From Epithemia pelagica (taxonomy: Eukaryota; Protista; Bacillariophyta), in assembly GCA_946965045.2 (NCBI GenBank), contig OX337230.1, forward strand, positions 3,782,001 to 3,846,000: DNA of 64,000 nucleotides. The letters are read 5' to 3'. The notes beneath the pieces were generated by a model. That model saw nothing but the letters and a program-made list of their open reading frames with translations. It made no database searches and was not told where the DNA came from. How positions within the stretch are numbered: position 1 is the first letter of the stretch; each line of letters begins with the position of its first letter. The translations under genes were made by a program, and so were the position numbers. Below are positions 33,819 through 45,067 of this stretch, in pieces.

Positions 33819-34054
33819 CTACTTGTACTCTTCTTATTCTAGAGAGGGCGTACCGCGCCATAATACATGAACCCATTGTAGTACGTGTTTTATTTCTTTA
33901 TGTCCCTTGTCCTTTGATACTTCTCCCACCTGCAGCAATAGTGCCCACAAATTATCTTTCGACGGGACTGGAAGTTCTGTAATGGATCAATGGATCGCTG
34001 GGGCTGCCTGCTACCACGGAAACCGCATTAAGCAACAAGAAACGGCGTGACGTT

Positions 34055-35104
34055 CTAATGGCGGCGGCGGCGGACACTGCGCCCGAGCTGCCGGTGTTCT
34101 CCGCTTCGACGACGAGTACGTCGCTCGACACCCTGCTCCTCACCTTCCCCGCCACCTTGCGCCTCTTGCCGCCGCTGCTGGACTTGTGCCATTTGACTGC
34201 GAGTACGAAGCCCAACACCCTGCGCTTGACCTTGCCGGCCTGCACCTTGCGTCTCACCTTGCACGTCACCTTGAACTTGATCGTGTCCGCCACCTTGTGC
34301 TTGATCTTGCCCGCCACCATACTCGCCAACAGTCTCTTCGTCTGAAGACGAAGAGACGTGGCCTTCACGTCGAGCCAGAACTTCCTGAAACCCTGTAAGT
34401 CCCCCAATGACCTGCAATGTTTCTCGGAGAATATGGTTTGGCCGAATATCTTCGAAGGATATTCCTCCGCGAGCAATGCGGCGCAGCATTGTTATTGTAC
34501 TAGGCCGGTCGTTGTCATGCCGGAGAAGGCGCGCTCGATTGAGATGTTCGTAAAACGACGAGATCAGCGAAAAGAAGCTTACATGATACCCTTGACTTTG
34601 TCGGGCCAAATTAACCAGAAAGCCAAGATTGGCTGGTAGGATCAATGCCTGGAAGGTCCTGTTAGCCAGGTCCAAATATGCTGCTTTTCGCGCTGCTGCC
34701 GCCATCTTCTCCTTTTTACGCGCCTCTTTCAGTTTCCGACGGAACTCTATGCCACGTGCAGAGCGCTTTCCTTCCTCCTCCGAATCCCAACCCGCAAATG
34801 CAACCTTTCGTGATGTTGGAATATGAACAGGAGGCGCTGTGGACATATTACGTAAGGCTGCAGGCAACCGCTGTTCCCGTCCCTCTGCTAGATGGACACG
34901 GACCTTCGACCCTGGTTCGAGAATCTCAATGTTCTGGAGCGCGTCCATGGCAGCGCATCGTTGTTTGTGGGCACTGTCGTTCGGTGTCGCGGCGGCTGTC
35001 TTCTTGTTTGCCGTTCCAAGGTCCGAGGGCGCGACTTTTTTCGACATCATGCCAAGGTTATCACAAACTGTTGCTGCAACGGCAAAGACATGTTGCTGCA
35101 ACAC
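34055..35104 (-). CDS. Uncharacterised basic/G-Q-rich protein (349 aa)
   Basis: ORF stays open in both duplicate copies despite in-frame indels; no recognised domain. Confidence 0.5.
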   Translation of the reverse strand: MLQQHVFAVAATVCDNLGMMSKKVAPSDLGTANKKTAAATPNDSAHKQRCAAMDALQNIEILEPGSKVRVHLAEGREQRLPAALRNMSTAPPVHIPTSRKVAFAGWDSEEEGKRSARGIEFRRKLKEARKKEKMAAAARKAAYLDLANRTFQALILPANLGFLVNLARQSQGYHVSFFSLISSFYEHLNRARLLRHDNDRPSTITMLRRIARGGISFEDIRPNHILRETLQVIGGLTGFQEVLARREGHVSSSSDEETVGEYGGGQDQAQGGGHDQVQGDVQGETQGAGRQGQAQGVGLRTRSQMAQVQQRRQEAQGGGEGEEQGVERRTRRRSGEHRQLGRSVRRRRH

Positions 35105-35616
35105 TGGTTGAGATTTTGGAGTAATTCAAGAGGGCTATACCAATACGAAAGCCATTGGGTTAGAGAATGTGACCATACAAATAATAGCTGGGATAGGAGA
35201 GTCATGTATGTCGTCGCACCGAGTTTTGAATCGTCATTGTGACGAAGGATGACGCAAGATAGAACTCCCTCTCGAGTCATGATTCATGATACCACAGAAC
35301 AAATCCTCCAGCGAACAGAACAACCGCAGATCCATGTATACTTCCCAGCGGTGTAAATGTTTGTCCTAAATTTTCTTACTCTCCATCATTTATATGCGAC
35401 TGTTTCTATTCTTGGGAGTATACCTCGCCCTTTTACCTTCCACCCATTTTCCAGTCGTGAGATGACGCAGACAAAGGGATTGGAGCCATTTGGCCATCCA
35501 GTGACATCGACACATCTCTCCCATCCATCACATCATCATAAAATTGAGATTGTTGCGTTGTTGTTGTGTCTCTCGCCCAACAAACAATATAAAATATTGA
35601 CTAAAACCATCACACC

Positions 35617-36141
35617 ATGAGACACATTCAATTGATGCGCTTCCTGTTGGTGACTTCGTTCACCTCCCCATCCGATGGTTTGGCTCCATCCGCCGATCCT
35701 CGTCCCATTGGAACATCTCCCGGTAGGATGGGTCGTTCGGGCAAGCTTCATTCGGTGCTCCCACGGTCCATGAACGCCGCAGAGGATACCGAGAAACCAC
35801 TACAAGCACCATCCTCCCAAGCCATGTATGGACGTCGCAAGGCCTTGGCTGTCTTGGCCGGTGGATCCCTTTCGTTCGTTGCCGCCAATCACCACCATAC
35901 TGCCAACGCGTTGGATATGGAGGCCTTTGTCAACAGTGAATTGGAATCCGATGCCAAGAATTGTGACCCGAAAAAGGATCCCAAATGTGCACCGCAACTC
36001 ACCGCCGATGAAGCACTGTGCAAATATGGACAGTCGGGAACGGCACGAGGTGAAGCCTGCAAACGGGTCAAGGAAGCTGGAGGGCAATTGCCCAAGGCCA
36101 ATGCACAAGGCAAGAGCCTGGGTGGGGCCTATGCCATGTAG
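35617..36141 (+). CDS. Small Cys-containing protein with signal/transit-like N-terminus, possibly plastid (thylakoid lumen) targeted
   Basis: Hydrophobic N-terminus, S/R-rich transit-like segment, RRKALAVLAGG...ANA motif; CDPKKDPKC and LCKYGQSG..RGEAC. Confidence 0.6.
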   Translation: MRHIQLMRFLLVTSFTSPSDGLAPSADPRPIGTSPGRMGRSGKLHSVLPRSMNAAEDTEKPLQAPSSQAMYGRRKALAVLAGGSLSFVAANHHHTANALDMEAFVNSELESDAKNCDPKKDPKCAPQLTADEALCKYGQSGTARGEACKRVKEAGGQLPKANAQGKSLGGAYAM

Positions 36142-36512
36142 TAATCGAATAACAGCAGCAACAGCAGCAGTCTCTATAATACGTTGAACCAAACTGTACA
36201 TAGCTCCATGACTCAAACTTTTACACCAACGGGTACCTTTGTCTACGTGTAACTAGTAGAACGAAGAACTATGGTTCACCTCCCTCTTGTGAAACAGACT
36301 ACCATTCTTGTGTGCGCTCACTCTCGAGCTTTTTCTACTCGAGTTGACTCTGGAGACGAAAAGTATAGCCGTAGGATTCCATTCCTTTGAGCTCTGTTAC
36401 AGTTACACAACTACTCACACTTGTTGTTTCGACGACAACACCCAACGGGGGCGCGTTTGGTACACTCACTCACTCACAGTCCATTCCTTGGTTCATTCAT
36501 TCCGTTCTATTA

Positions 36513-38345
36513 CTAATCTCGTATCATGTGGACGCCATTGGGATGGTTGTATTGTTCCAAAAAGAGTTTGCCCAATTCCAATTTTTCCGCCTCGGCCAAG
36601 GAATAACAGGGTGTCATGGCCCACAATTCGACATTAATGACTTCAAATCGGGATCCATCGGCATGGACGCGAGACAAGGAGGGACTGCCAAAGGTCAAAC
36701 AGGGAGAACTCGTGCCCTCCAACAAGTCCCCCTGCAAACACAACCCGTAGCCCCATTCGTGATCCTTGATTGGATGATCCTCCTTCTTGTCGTCTTGTTG
36801 TTGCTCGGCGTCTTTGGTTGGTTCGACATGATCGCTTCCCACGGCCAATCGATCATTGATGCAATATTGAATGGAATTGTTTTCCCCGGTATACGGAAAG
36901 ACATCAATTTCACTTTCGCGATGGGCTTGATCAATAATGGATCGGGACTTACAGCCCCGCACATGACGCATGCGCCACAAAAAACTATCCGCGGACCCAA
37001 AAAAGTTCCAATTTTTGCGCCAACAGTCCGATGTAAAGGATCCAAACACTTCGCCATCCGTCGTTTCCACGGCCAAAATGGACGATTTGGCATTCCGGGC
37101 ATGTTTCAAAAAGGTATGCATCGAGGCACCGTCACGGACCGAGGAATATTTGAGCCAAAAGTTTTCACCCGTCAAACGAAAGGGTAAGAACTGTTGCAAA
37201 CTTTCCATGAGAGGGGGTGACAAGACATGGGGACGGGCACTGGCATCTTGTGCCGAGGTGCCAATAATTTGAAAGGGCAAGGTCCCGCCGCCTCCATAGC
37301 CATTTTCGTATTCGTCTTCAATGACCAACCAGGGATCGTAATAATCCAATTCACTCGACGCATTGCTACTCCGATGCATGCCTGGCTCTTGACGAACCTC
37401 ATCATCGTCGTCGTCATCCATTTGCCACGACTCACCCATGGGTTCCGATCCTCCTCCTCGTTGCGAATCTCGCAAAAAGTGAATGGGTGTTCCGACAAAG
37501 AGCCCCGCCGCGGCTTCATCGGAAATACTCCGTTGAATGGGACGGCGGAAAATGTCACTCATGCGTCGATAACTCATGGTTTCATCAAAAGAATTGGCCA
37601 TTTGCAAAAAGGGTTCGTCTCCTTCTTCGTAGTCATAGTCATAGTCGTATTCATCGTGACTGAGGGTACCACCGGCCCATCGACCTCGATGGACTGGACT
37701 GGTAAAGGTTGCGTGGGCCGGGGTTGTGGTACTACCGACAATGGCAAAATCCGCAACTTCGACACCTTCTCCCATGCTGACATCTCGCATCAACACAGGA
37801 CGTCGAAAACTGGCCGATCGAGGAGTTACCACAGCGGCGGTGCCATTCGTTTCTTCTTGTTGTTGTGGTTCGTTGGCTGCTTGTCCCGATGGTACCACCA
37901 ATAAGCTGGGATCCAACAATTCCGATTCACTGGGCATGGGAAGGCTCATGGTTTCCTTCTTGGTATCGTCATCCTCCTCCTCGGGTCGTGGTGGTTCGTC
38001 CAACAGTACCTTGTGGTTGTGGTTGCTGATGTCGTCCATCTTTTTTTCGTCGCCATGATACGACGAATCATAGGGTGTCATGACGGAAGACGACGAGGCT
38101 TCTCGGGGCGAGGTACACTCTAAGGAGGAATCGTACCGTGTCAAGAGACTGCGGGTGGGGGGTGGAATTTCGACACGCGTGGGAATCCGAGGAAACAAAT
38201 CGGCCACTTGTTTGGTCGGTGTGAGACGGTCCTTATTCTTGTCGTCGTCATTGTCATCTGTATCATCCGTGGTATAATACAACCCCTCCCCACCCACCGA
38301 CGAGGCGACGGAATAGGATCGCACTCTGAAATGAGGGACTTTCAT
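36513..38345 (-). CDS. N-terminally truncated TLDc (OXR1-like) protein, 610 aa; start codon lies in the adjacent insertion
   Basis: Same as the C-terminal part of 53397-56630 up to the breakpoint at 38323. The N-terminal MKVPHFRV is read from the inserted sequence. Confidence 0.7.
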   Translation of the reverse strand: MKVPHFRVRSYSVASSVGGEGLYYTTDDTDDNDDDKNKDRLTPTKQVADLFPRIPTRVEIPPPTRSLLTRYDSSLECTSPREASSSSVMTPYDSSYHGDEKKMDDISNHNHKVLLDEPPRPEEEDDDTKKETMSLPMPSESELLDPSLLVVPSGQAANEPQQQEETNGTAAVVTPRSASFRRPVLMRDVSMGEGVEVADFAIVGSTTTPAHATFTSPVHRGRWAGGTLSHDEYDYDYDYEEGDEPFLQMANSFDETMSYRRMSDIFRRPIQRSISDEAAAGLFVGTPIHFLRDSQRGGGSEPMGESWQMDDDDDDEVRQEPGMHRSSNASSELDYYDPWLVIEDEYENGYGGGGTLPFQIIGTSAQDASARPHVLSPPLMESLQQFLPFRLTGENFWLKYSSVRDGASMHTFLKHARNAKSSILAVETTDGEVFGSFTSDCWRKNWNFFGSADSFLWRMRHVRGCKSRSIIDQAHRESEIDVFPYTGENNSIQYCINDRLAVGSDHVEPTKDAEQQQDDKKEDHPIKDHEWGYGLCLQGDLLEGTSSPCLTFGSPSLSRVHADGSRFEVINVELWAMTPCYSLAEAEKLELGKLFLEQYNHPNGVHMIRD

Positions 38346-38700
38346 GACAGACGTACGGAGAAACTTTCAAAAATTAGACTGACATTCGGACAGACCATCC
38401 AGTGACCGTCGATGTCTCCATTACTCTTCCATATTGACTCTTCTTAAAGAAAATGACCCTAGTTGTCTTGTCAGTGCCACTTCAACTGCATTCCCAAGTT
38501 TACGAGCTGGTTCACGTTGCGGAGTGCATGAGTATATTAGTGTACAAGACTGTACCCGAAAAAAACCAGTACACAAAACTCCACAGTGGATAATCCGCAG
38601 CAACCATGACAATGGGATGGATCGATGTTTGGACAAATACGATGCCATTCCTGGCTACAAACACAACAAGTACTATTGCTAATCGACTAAGTAGGTTCTA

Positions 38701-39240
38701 TTACGCATCTGCTGTAAAGAACAGGCTCTGGGTAGGGTATTTTGTCGTCATGTAGGCAAGAGCAGTCTTGAGCTCTTCCATGTGGAAGAGGCTCATGTAG
38801 AGGGTGACGACCATTGGGTCCATGCTGCTCTTCGTATCGATCGTGCACCGTGTGTAGAATTGAATGCGGCCCTTCTTCTTGCTGGAGTCCGTGGGTGAGA
38901 GAACTTCCTTCATCACTGTCTTGACAATGAACCCAACTGGCAGCACAAGCAGCGGGTCGGCAAACTCGGACCGCGCTTCCCTCTTGTAAAATGCCAACCG
39001 AAGATAGTCTGTGCTTGTCTCCCGTTGGAGGAGAACATGCCCACGGTCGACAACATTCCGTCCATTTTGTTCTGCGCCGTTGTCGACAATGTCTCCAACG
39101 AGAACATTGACCCTGTCCGCGTAAAAGCTCGTCCGAAAGTTACATCGACTTCGATCGTCTTCAGAGCCAAACTTGTCCTTGTTGAAAAAGAACTCGACCT
39201 CGTCCTCCATGCCGTTGTTGATTGTTGGTGTTGGTAGCAT
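38701..39240 (-). CDS. Uncharacterised 179-aa cargo protein
   Basis: ATG-initiated ORF of globular-looking composition, inside the TIRs. Confidence 0.6.
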   Translation of the reverse strand: MLPTPTINNGMEDEVEFFFNKDKFGSEDDRSRCNFRTSFYADRVNVLVGDIVDNGAEQNGRNVVDRGHVLLQRETSTDYLRLAFYKREARSEFADPLLVLPVGFIVKTVMKEVLSPTDSSKKKGRIQFYTRCTIDTKSSMDPMVVTLYMSLFHMEELKTALAYMTTKYPTQSLFFTADA

Positions 39241-39477
39241 CGTACTCCGAACTCCGCACGTTAGGTTGATTGTTCGATCGATTCAAAGCAGTGGGTTGTT
39301 TCGTGTTTGCATGTTTCGTTTCCGGATGCATCCAAAATGTGGGAGCCACACGGGTTGGTCGGATCTTTACGCGCACCTCTTTCCGTTCAGCTATCCGTTG
39401 ATCTAAGTAGGTTGTTTGAGTTTGGTCTTGAGATCGCGAGCAGGTACATTCCACATCCCATTACAAGACACAGCACG

Positions 39478-40430
39478 ATGCTCTCAGTTGTGTGTTCGTC
39501 TCACAAAAAACAAAACAAGATGAGCAACAACAGCCATCGTCGCTACCCAAGTCGCACCCGCACCAAAACACCAAGCTTCCTGGATGACATCCAGGAAGAT
39601 ACTGTTCCTCCACCAGGGAAGACGCCAGGGAAGACACCAGCGAAGACACCAGCGAAGACACCGGGCAAGAAGCTCCCTCCGAAGAAGAGCTCCACGAAGA
39701 AGAACGCAAACAAGAAGCGTCGAACAAAGAAGACGAGTCCGGAGCTCCCCCCACCCCAGTCTCCAGATTTCGTCATTTCCAAGGTGGTTGAAGGGGAGAC
39801 TCCAAGAGGAGCAAACGAGGACATAGTGGTATTGATGCCGGTGGCCATCGACGACAAGGCGCAGAGGCTCAAGGATGCATTGAACAAAGCAACGCAGTGG
39901 CATCTCATCCTTGGTGATGAGAATGGAGCCACGACCCTGGTGCTTGGTCGAAACCACAAATATCATTCGGGCAAAGTCTCGATTGCCGAGATTGTGGAAA
40001 CGCTTAAGCAGTCTGAGCGTAGCCACAAGCCCAGAAACAATGAAACAATCAACGAAAATGGTAAGTTGATTGTGCCTTTGTAATTGATTGGAACGATCGT
40101 AGTACTCACCTCATTTTGTTTTCAGGACAAGAGGGTGGAATGCTGATGGAGACTCGCACTCCATTGAAGAAGGAGGAGTCCATTGGTGAGGCGGAGACTG
40201 TCATGAAATCCAATGTGGTGGATTGGCAGTACTTGACGCCTGGTGAGAAGCACGCCCAAAAGAGACGTGAGGCCGAGAGGGCTGTGCATTTCATGGCTGA
40301 CAGTTGTGCAAGCCCGAGTCGGATGATGACGCCACGTATGACTCTCACGTTGATGATGGATTTGAAGATACGCAGGAGGAAAATATGTTTAGTCAGGAGG
40401 ACTACTACAAGTATTAGTTACGTAAAATAA
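39478..40430 (+). CDS. Two-exon basic cargo protein (exons 39478-40060 and 40126-40430) with TP(G/A)K repeats
   Basis: GTAAGT...TTTTCAG intron at 40061-40125 keeps the frame (ENGQEGGML). KTPGKTPAKTPAKTPGKK repeats. Confidence 0.6.
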
Positions 40431-40481
40431 ACCATTCTAAATACTGAATAATTGTTGTCCTTTACTTTCATCATCGTGGCC

Positions 40482-41567
40482 TTAGTCGCTTTCTTCTTCT
40501 TCATCGTCATCTTCGTCTTCGTCGTGCGAATCCTGATCTTTCTCGTTGTTGTTGCCTTCGTCATCTTCCTCGTCATCCGAATCCGAATCTGAATCCTCAT
40601 CTTCATCTCCTTCATCATCCGACTTCTCGGATTCCTCGTCGTCGTTGCCATCTGAAGATTCATCTTGCTCATCCTGGCTGCCAGTCCTCATGCCCGACGC
40701 CAGATTGTAGCACCAGAACAACTCTTGATTTTTTTTAATGTTGCGTTTGGCTGTAGCCTTGAGCTTTCCGTCGACCTGGACGTTGTAGCATTTGTCGTCC
40801 GGGTCAACAGGTTGGTTGTCGTGATACTTGGCATAGTTTGGATCGTTTGCAAAGTGCAAACCCATCCAAAGGTCTGCCGCGGATGGATCAACGAAGACAG
40901 AAGGCCTTGTACGCAGTCGGACAGCGTAAGCAGAAGGCGGACGAGACTTGTCAAGGACCTTACCACCATAGAATCCCAGCATTTCGCCTTTTTTGTAGGG
41001 CTTTGCTGCAAAAAGCCCGAGACGAGCGTTGTCCAAGGTTGATCGCTTGATGACAAACAAGTCTTCGTCGACGTACCGAACAATGCACTCGTACTTTTGT
41101 GAATTGTCGTTTAGGTCCACCATCATTGTCCCTTCGACAAGTAGATTGTTCTTGTGTTTCTTGTTGATTCCCGACCCTTTCTTTTTGTTGTATTTACTTG
41201 GAGCATAGTGTTTGATTGCTGTGCCAACAGGTTTGCCCTTGGAGCCGTGGGCTTTCCGGACCTGTGCACCTTCGATGCTCACGATGCCCTTGATGTGGGA
41301 GGAAATGAACCGATATAATTCGGTTCTTTCCTCCAAAGTACCTGATCCATACAGGCCTTCAAGCTTGGCCATGAGATTCTCCGCCTTCACTGCCCGTGGC
41401 GTTCTCGTTGTTGCAATCTTCTTCCTCGCTCGTTGTTTCTGATTGAGCTCATCCATTTTGTATTTTCGATTTTGCTGCATGCGACGAGGCGGCTTTGCTG
41501 CTCTTGTTCGTGTTCTTGCGGAACTCGCCTGTTGCTTTGTAGCGGAACGTGTCTGTCGCTTTCCCAT
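40482..41567 (-). CDS. SET-domain protein (putative lysine methyltransferase) with basic N-terminus and acidic tail
   Basis: LGLFAAKPYKKGEMLGFYGG, LHFANDPN and KRNIKKNQELFWCY are SET motifs with the terminal Tyr retained. Start uncertain (ORF is open to 41708). Confidence 0.82.
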   Translation of the reverse strand: MGKRQTRSATKQQASSARTRTRAAKPPRRMQQNRKYKMDELNQKQRARKKIATTRTPRAVKAENLMAKLEGLYGSGTLEERTELYRFISSHIKGIVSIEGAQVRKAHGSKGKPVGTAIKHYAPSKYNKKKGSGINKKHKNNLLVEGTMMVDLNDNSQKYECIVRYVDEDLFVIKRSTLDNARLGLFAAKPYKKGEMLGFYGGKVLDKSRPPSAYAVRLRTRPSVFVDPSAADLWMGLHFANDPNYAKYHDNQPVDPDDKCYNVQVDGKLKATAKRNIKKNQELFWCYNLASGMRTGSQDEQDESSDGNDDEESEKSDDEGDEDEDSDSDSDDEEDDEGNNNEKDQDSHDEDEDDDEEEESD

Positions 41568-41917
41568 GGCTGTTGCAGGCTGCTGCACTTTGTCGCTGTC
41601 GAAAAATTCTGACTGCTGCACTTTTATGAACTTGGGCTGCTGCACTTTTTGGAGAAGGCGCAGAAACGCCAACCCCTTTGAGCTTCCGAATGAGAGTGAA
41701 AACCGCATTGACAGTCATCAGACTGTCGTTTGTACACTGTGGACCAGTCTATTTTTGGTGTCACCAATGAACTTCGCAGCACTTGAGACGTACAAAAAAG
41801 ATTCTCTCATAAAATTTGCTTCTGGAAAAAGTGAAACAGAGTCTCGTGCATGACAAGCCTACAAGTATGAAGATGAAGAGGAGTTCTATGGTACGTAAAT
41901 GTGTTACAATATGAATT

Positions 41918-44900
41918 TCAGCGTTCTGCTTCTTGTGCCTCCTTCCAGACTTGCTGGATGAACGAGTGCTCTTGATCGAGCGTGCACCGGTGAGTCTTCA
42001 TACTCACATTCACATACTTCTCGATTTCGACAAACAGGATGTCATCTGTTGCACTTTGATTCCTGCTGTCAAACAACAAATAGGTAAGCATGTACCGCCT
42101 TGCTTTCGCTGAGAACCTGCGAACGGTTCTCAGCGAAACTTTCCCCATACTGTCTCTCACCACTTGCATGAACTTCGTCTTGTTGCCTTTCTTGTTTCTT
42201 GTCAAGCGTCGGAAGTATCGCTTCCCAAGACCCCATGCGTACTCGATCCCTTCACCCGCCAGTTCGCAGTGGTATTTTGGTGTGACGAGGATTTCAAGGT
42301 TGCGAGAATATCGCTGCGAGAGATCAGCCGCCAGTTGTTCGAGGGCTGATCTCTCATTCTTGAAGTCCTCGCACGATCCCATCAGGTAAGTCAAGGAATA
42401 CTTCTTGTATTCCTCCATCTTGTCCTCACGGACCTGTCCTGAACCATCCAACCATGTCTTACTCATGTCCTTGCGGTATTCCTGGAGCTTGGTGGTGTCA
42501 ATGAAACCACGCTCGCCCAGAACTTGGAAGAGACCCTTTGGTTGCCCGAGCCAGCCCTGCTCCATGACAACTCGGTCTACCTCGGTTGGTAGCTGCCTTG
42601 CTGTCGAAATTGCCTGGAGCTGGTCAAGGGATTTGGAATGGTAGGCTTGAAGTGCCCTGTCGCCATGTTGAGCTCCTTGTTGAATGTCATGGCGAATGAG
42701 CTCACCAATCAATTCTTTCTTGGACAGCTTGTGTTTCTTTGTTTGATTGGTTGGGTGGTCGAACTTCATTCGTTGTCGTTGCTCCTCAGTGAGAGGAACA
42801 CCCTTATAAGCAAATGGGCCAGGGTCCGCATCCGTGTATACCATGGATTGCTTCGACCCTGGCTGAAGACGATGAGGGTGTGGATATGGACCGATGCACT
42901 CAACAATTGTCTCATGCATTTTGGGTACCACTCCACCCCAATCCTTGTTCATGGTCTTCTCGTTGAGCCCATCCTTCTGTTTTCGTCCATGACCGCTACT
43001 GTTGTCAAAGAGAAAAGCGAAATCAAAGGATGGATAGAGGACCATCAAACAATCAACCAAGTCCTCAAATTGGAGGGCCATGTGATCGTAGTTCCACCAG
43101 CCATCATTGTTGGATCCATAGTCAAAATACGTGCAGAACGCACTGGCATCCGTGATCTGCCGGATCCGCTTGCTGCTGCCACCAAGTACTTGACTGGCAG
43201 AGTCCTCGGCCAAGTACGTCTGCGCTCGACGAGATTGATTGATTGCCTCTAGCTTCTCGGGGGTGAGCAGGACAACTTCGCCTGAGTTGTCTGAATAGAA
43301 CCCCCATGCGCGACTCACGAATGCACTAAGCATTAAACCGTGCCCGTCGTCTTTGGGCAAAAGAACTCCACGCCCTTTGTGGTCCCCCCAACTCTTCTTC
43401 GAGAAGGACCATTGCTTGAAAATGGCTTCATCTTGGCCAACAAGCACAACAGGACGACGCTCAGAAGGGAAACGATGCGACAAATTTCCTCCCAGCAGCT
43501 TGTTTTCATCTCTAATGTATGATGAAAACACATCAGGAAAACAATCCACATGGTATTCTCGCATTGTTTGGTTCGTCGAAGGGTCTCGAAACTCGAAAGC
43601 CCAAACATCCTTCATGAGCTTTTCGGAGACACCCTCAATCTCCCCGTTTTCTAGTTTGATTGCTTGGTCGGATGGAATCTGAATCCATCGATGCGCAAGC
43701 TTTTCCAACTCGAAGTATTTCGAGATGAACTGCTTCCGGGCTTGAACATTGTCGGCGTCCTCGTGACGGTCCGTGTAGTATGTCTTCTTTGTTTCAGAGA
43801 ATCGAAACCCAGCATATGTGAGAATCTTCCATGCCGCACCGACTGAAACACTGGGGAGATTCACTTTTTGACGGAACTCGTCCAACGTGAGCGGCTCTGT
43901 GGATGGCTCCCCATCTTCGGTGTCCGTCTGTTGCTCTTTTTTATATATCAATGGGATCAAACTGTCTCGAATGTACATGGCTGCCATCTCGCAGGAGAGG
44001 GTCTCCAGATGTTGGCTCGCCCACTTCTGCAGCAATGGGAGTGCTTCTGGATATTGAGCCAGAAAGCATGGGCACGGCTTCTTCCCAATCTGGATGTACC
44101 AGTTTGGATGCGGGAACTTGCCGCTGACCCGGAATGCAACGTTGGCTCTTTGCACAGTCCGCCAATTCTGCAGACCGCTTTTTGAGATTCTACTCCGTTC
44201 GGTTGCATATTTGCAACACGAAGTCCACGTGGCACCATCCTCCATGGTGTGCAGGGCTCGCTCATACGCAAGCCTCAGCACCCGCATCCTCATAAGCATC
44301 TTTGGGACACAAGAGTTTGGCGGTGGCTCATCTTGGCCCTTGTTGACAAGAGTCAAAAAACAATCAAACCGTTGTTCCGCCATTTCAAGTGACTCAATCC
44401 ACCGTTCCAGCTTCTTTCTCGTTGTCTCCTCATTCACTCTCGGACCAAAGATTTTGCTCACAACGGGCCGGTCGAAGAAATCTACGGCAGAAGAGTCACT
44501 GGAGGCATTGGAATGCTCGTTGTTGTTGTTGTTTCCATTGTCGTTTCCTGTGCCTGTGGTTGTTGTTGTTGTGGTGGTTTCCAGTGCCTCTTCCAAAATC
44601 TGCTCTGGGCTTGGTGGTGATGACGCTGCCGTTGTGGCAGTTTCATCATCCTTGATTGGTGTTGTGGGTTTCTTGCGTTTGTTCCTCCCTCCAATTCGAA
44701 TCCGATTGTGGCTTATGAATTTAAGCCACTCGTCAATAGTGTGGTTGAATTGAGGTGGTGGATCGGTCTGACGAGCCGAAACATAGTAGAATATTTGTTT
44801 CCCACCTCGACGTCGCACCTCGTGGCGGTAGATACCCTTGGGATTCCACTCTTGCGATAGGAAATGGAGTCGCCATTCACTACCTGAGCGCATTAAAGAT

Positions 44901-45067
44901 CGATTCATCATTGTTGCGTCGGATAATTCCGGAATCCACTGCTTCAAGAAGACGGCAATCTCAGCGTCAATAATCCACCGGTTTGTCCAGAGGAAGCGTA
45001 TTGGATGGCATCTGAAGCCAAATTCGTCGCATATGGTTGTGTATGGCCCTGTATATGATTGAACCAT
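41918..45067 (-). CDS. IS630/Tc1/mariner-superfamily transposase with a long insertion between the second D and the E
   Basis: LVGQDEAIF (D1), FLFDNSSGH (D2), PKYHCELAGEGIEYAWG (E). ORF intact. Confidence 0.88.
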   Translation of the reverse strand: MVQSYTGPYTTICDEFGFRCHPIRFLWTNRWIIDAEIAVFLKQWIPELSDATMMNRSLMRSGSEWRLHFLSQEWNPKGIYRHEVRRRGGKQIFYYVSARQTDPPPQFNHTIDEWLKFISHNRIRIGGRNKRKKPTTPIKDDETATTAASSPPSPEQILEEALETTTTTTTTGTGNDNGNNNNNEHSNASSDSSAVDFFDRPVVSKIFGPRVNEETTRKKLERWIESLEMAEQRFDCFLTLVNKGQDEPPPNSCVPKMLMRMRVLRLAYERALHTMEDGATWTSCCKYATERSRISKSGLQNWRTVQRANVAFRVSGKFPHPNWYIQIGKKPCPCFLAQYPEALPLLQKWASQHLETLSCEMAAMYIRDSLIPLIYKKEQQTDTEDGEPSTEPLTLDEFRQKVNLPSVSVGAAWKILTYAGFRFSETKKTYYTDRHEDADNVQARKQFISKYFELEKLAHRWIQIPSDQAIKLENGEIEGVSEKLMKDVWAFEFRDPSTNQTMREYHVDCFPDVFSSYIRDENKLLGGNLSHRFPSERRPVVLVGQDEAIFKQWSFSKKSWGDHKGRGVLLPKDDGHGLMLSAFVSRAWGFYSDNSGEVVLLTPEKLEAINQSRRAQTYLAEDSASQVLGGSSKRIRQITDASAFCTYFDYGSNNDGWWNYDHMALQFEDLVDCLMVLYPSFDFAFLFDNSSGHGRKQKDGLNEKTMNKDWGGVVPKMHETIVECIGPYPHPHRLQPGSKQSMVYTDADPGPFAYKGVPLTEEQRQRMKFDHPTNQTKKHKLSKKELIGELIRHDIQQGAQHGDRALQAYHSKSLDQLQAISTARQLPTEVDRVVMEQGWLGQPKGLFQVLGERGFIDTTKLQEYRKDMSKTWLDGSGQVREDKMEEYKKYSLTYLMGSCEDFKNERSALEQLAADLSQRYSRNLEILVTPKYHCELAGEGIEYAWGLGKRYFRRLTRNKKGNKTKFMQVVRDSMGKVSLRTVRRFSAKARRYMLTYLLFDSRNQSATDDILFVEIEKYVNVSMKTHRCTLDQEHSFIQQVWKEAQEAER

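Larger units (their letters stand above)
33151..38323 (+). repeat. Segmental duplication, copy 1 (direct repeat of 49408-55198)
   Basis: Same order of carrier fragment, 349-aa ORF, 174-aa ORF and TLDc 3' part; near-identical sequence by eye. Confidence 0.95.
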
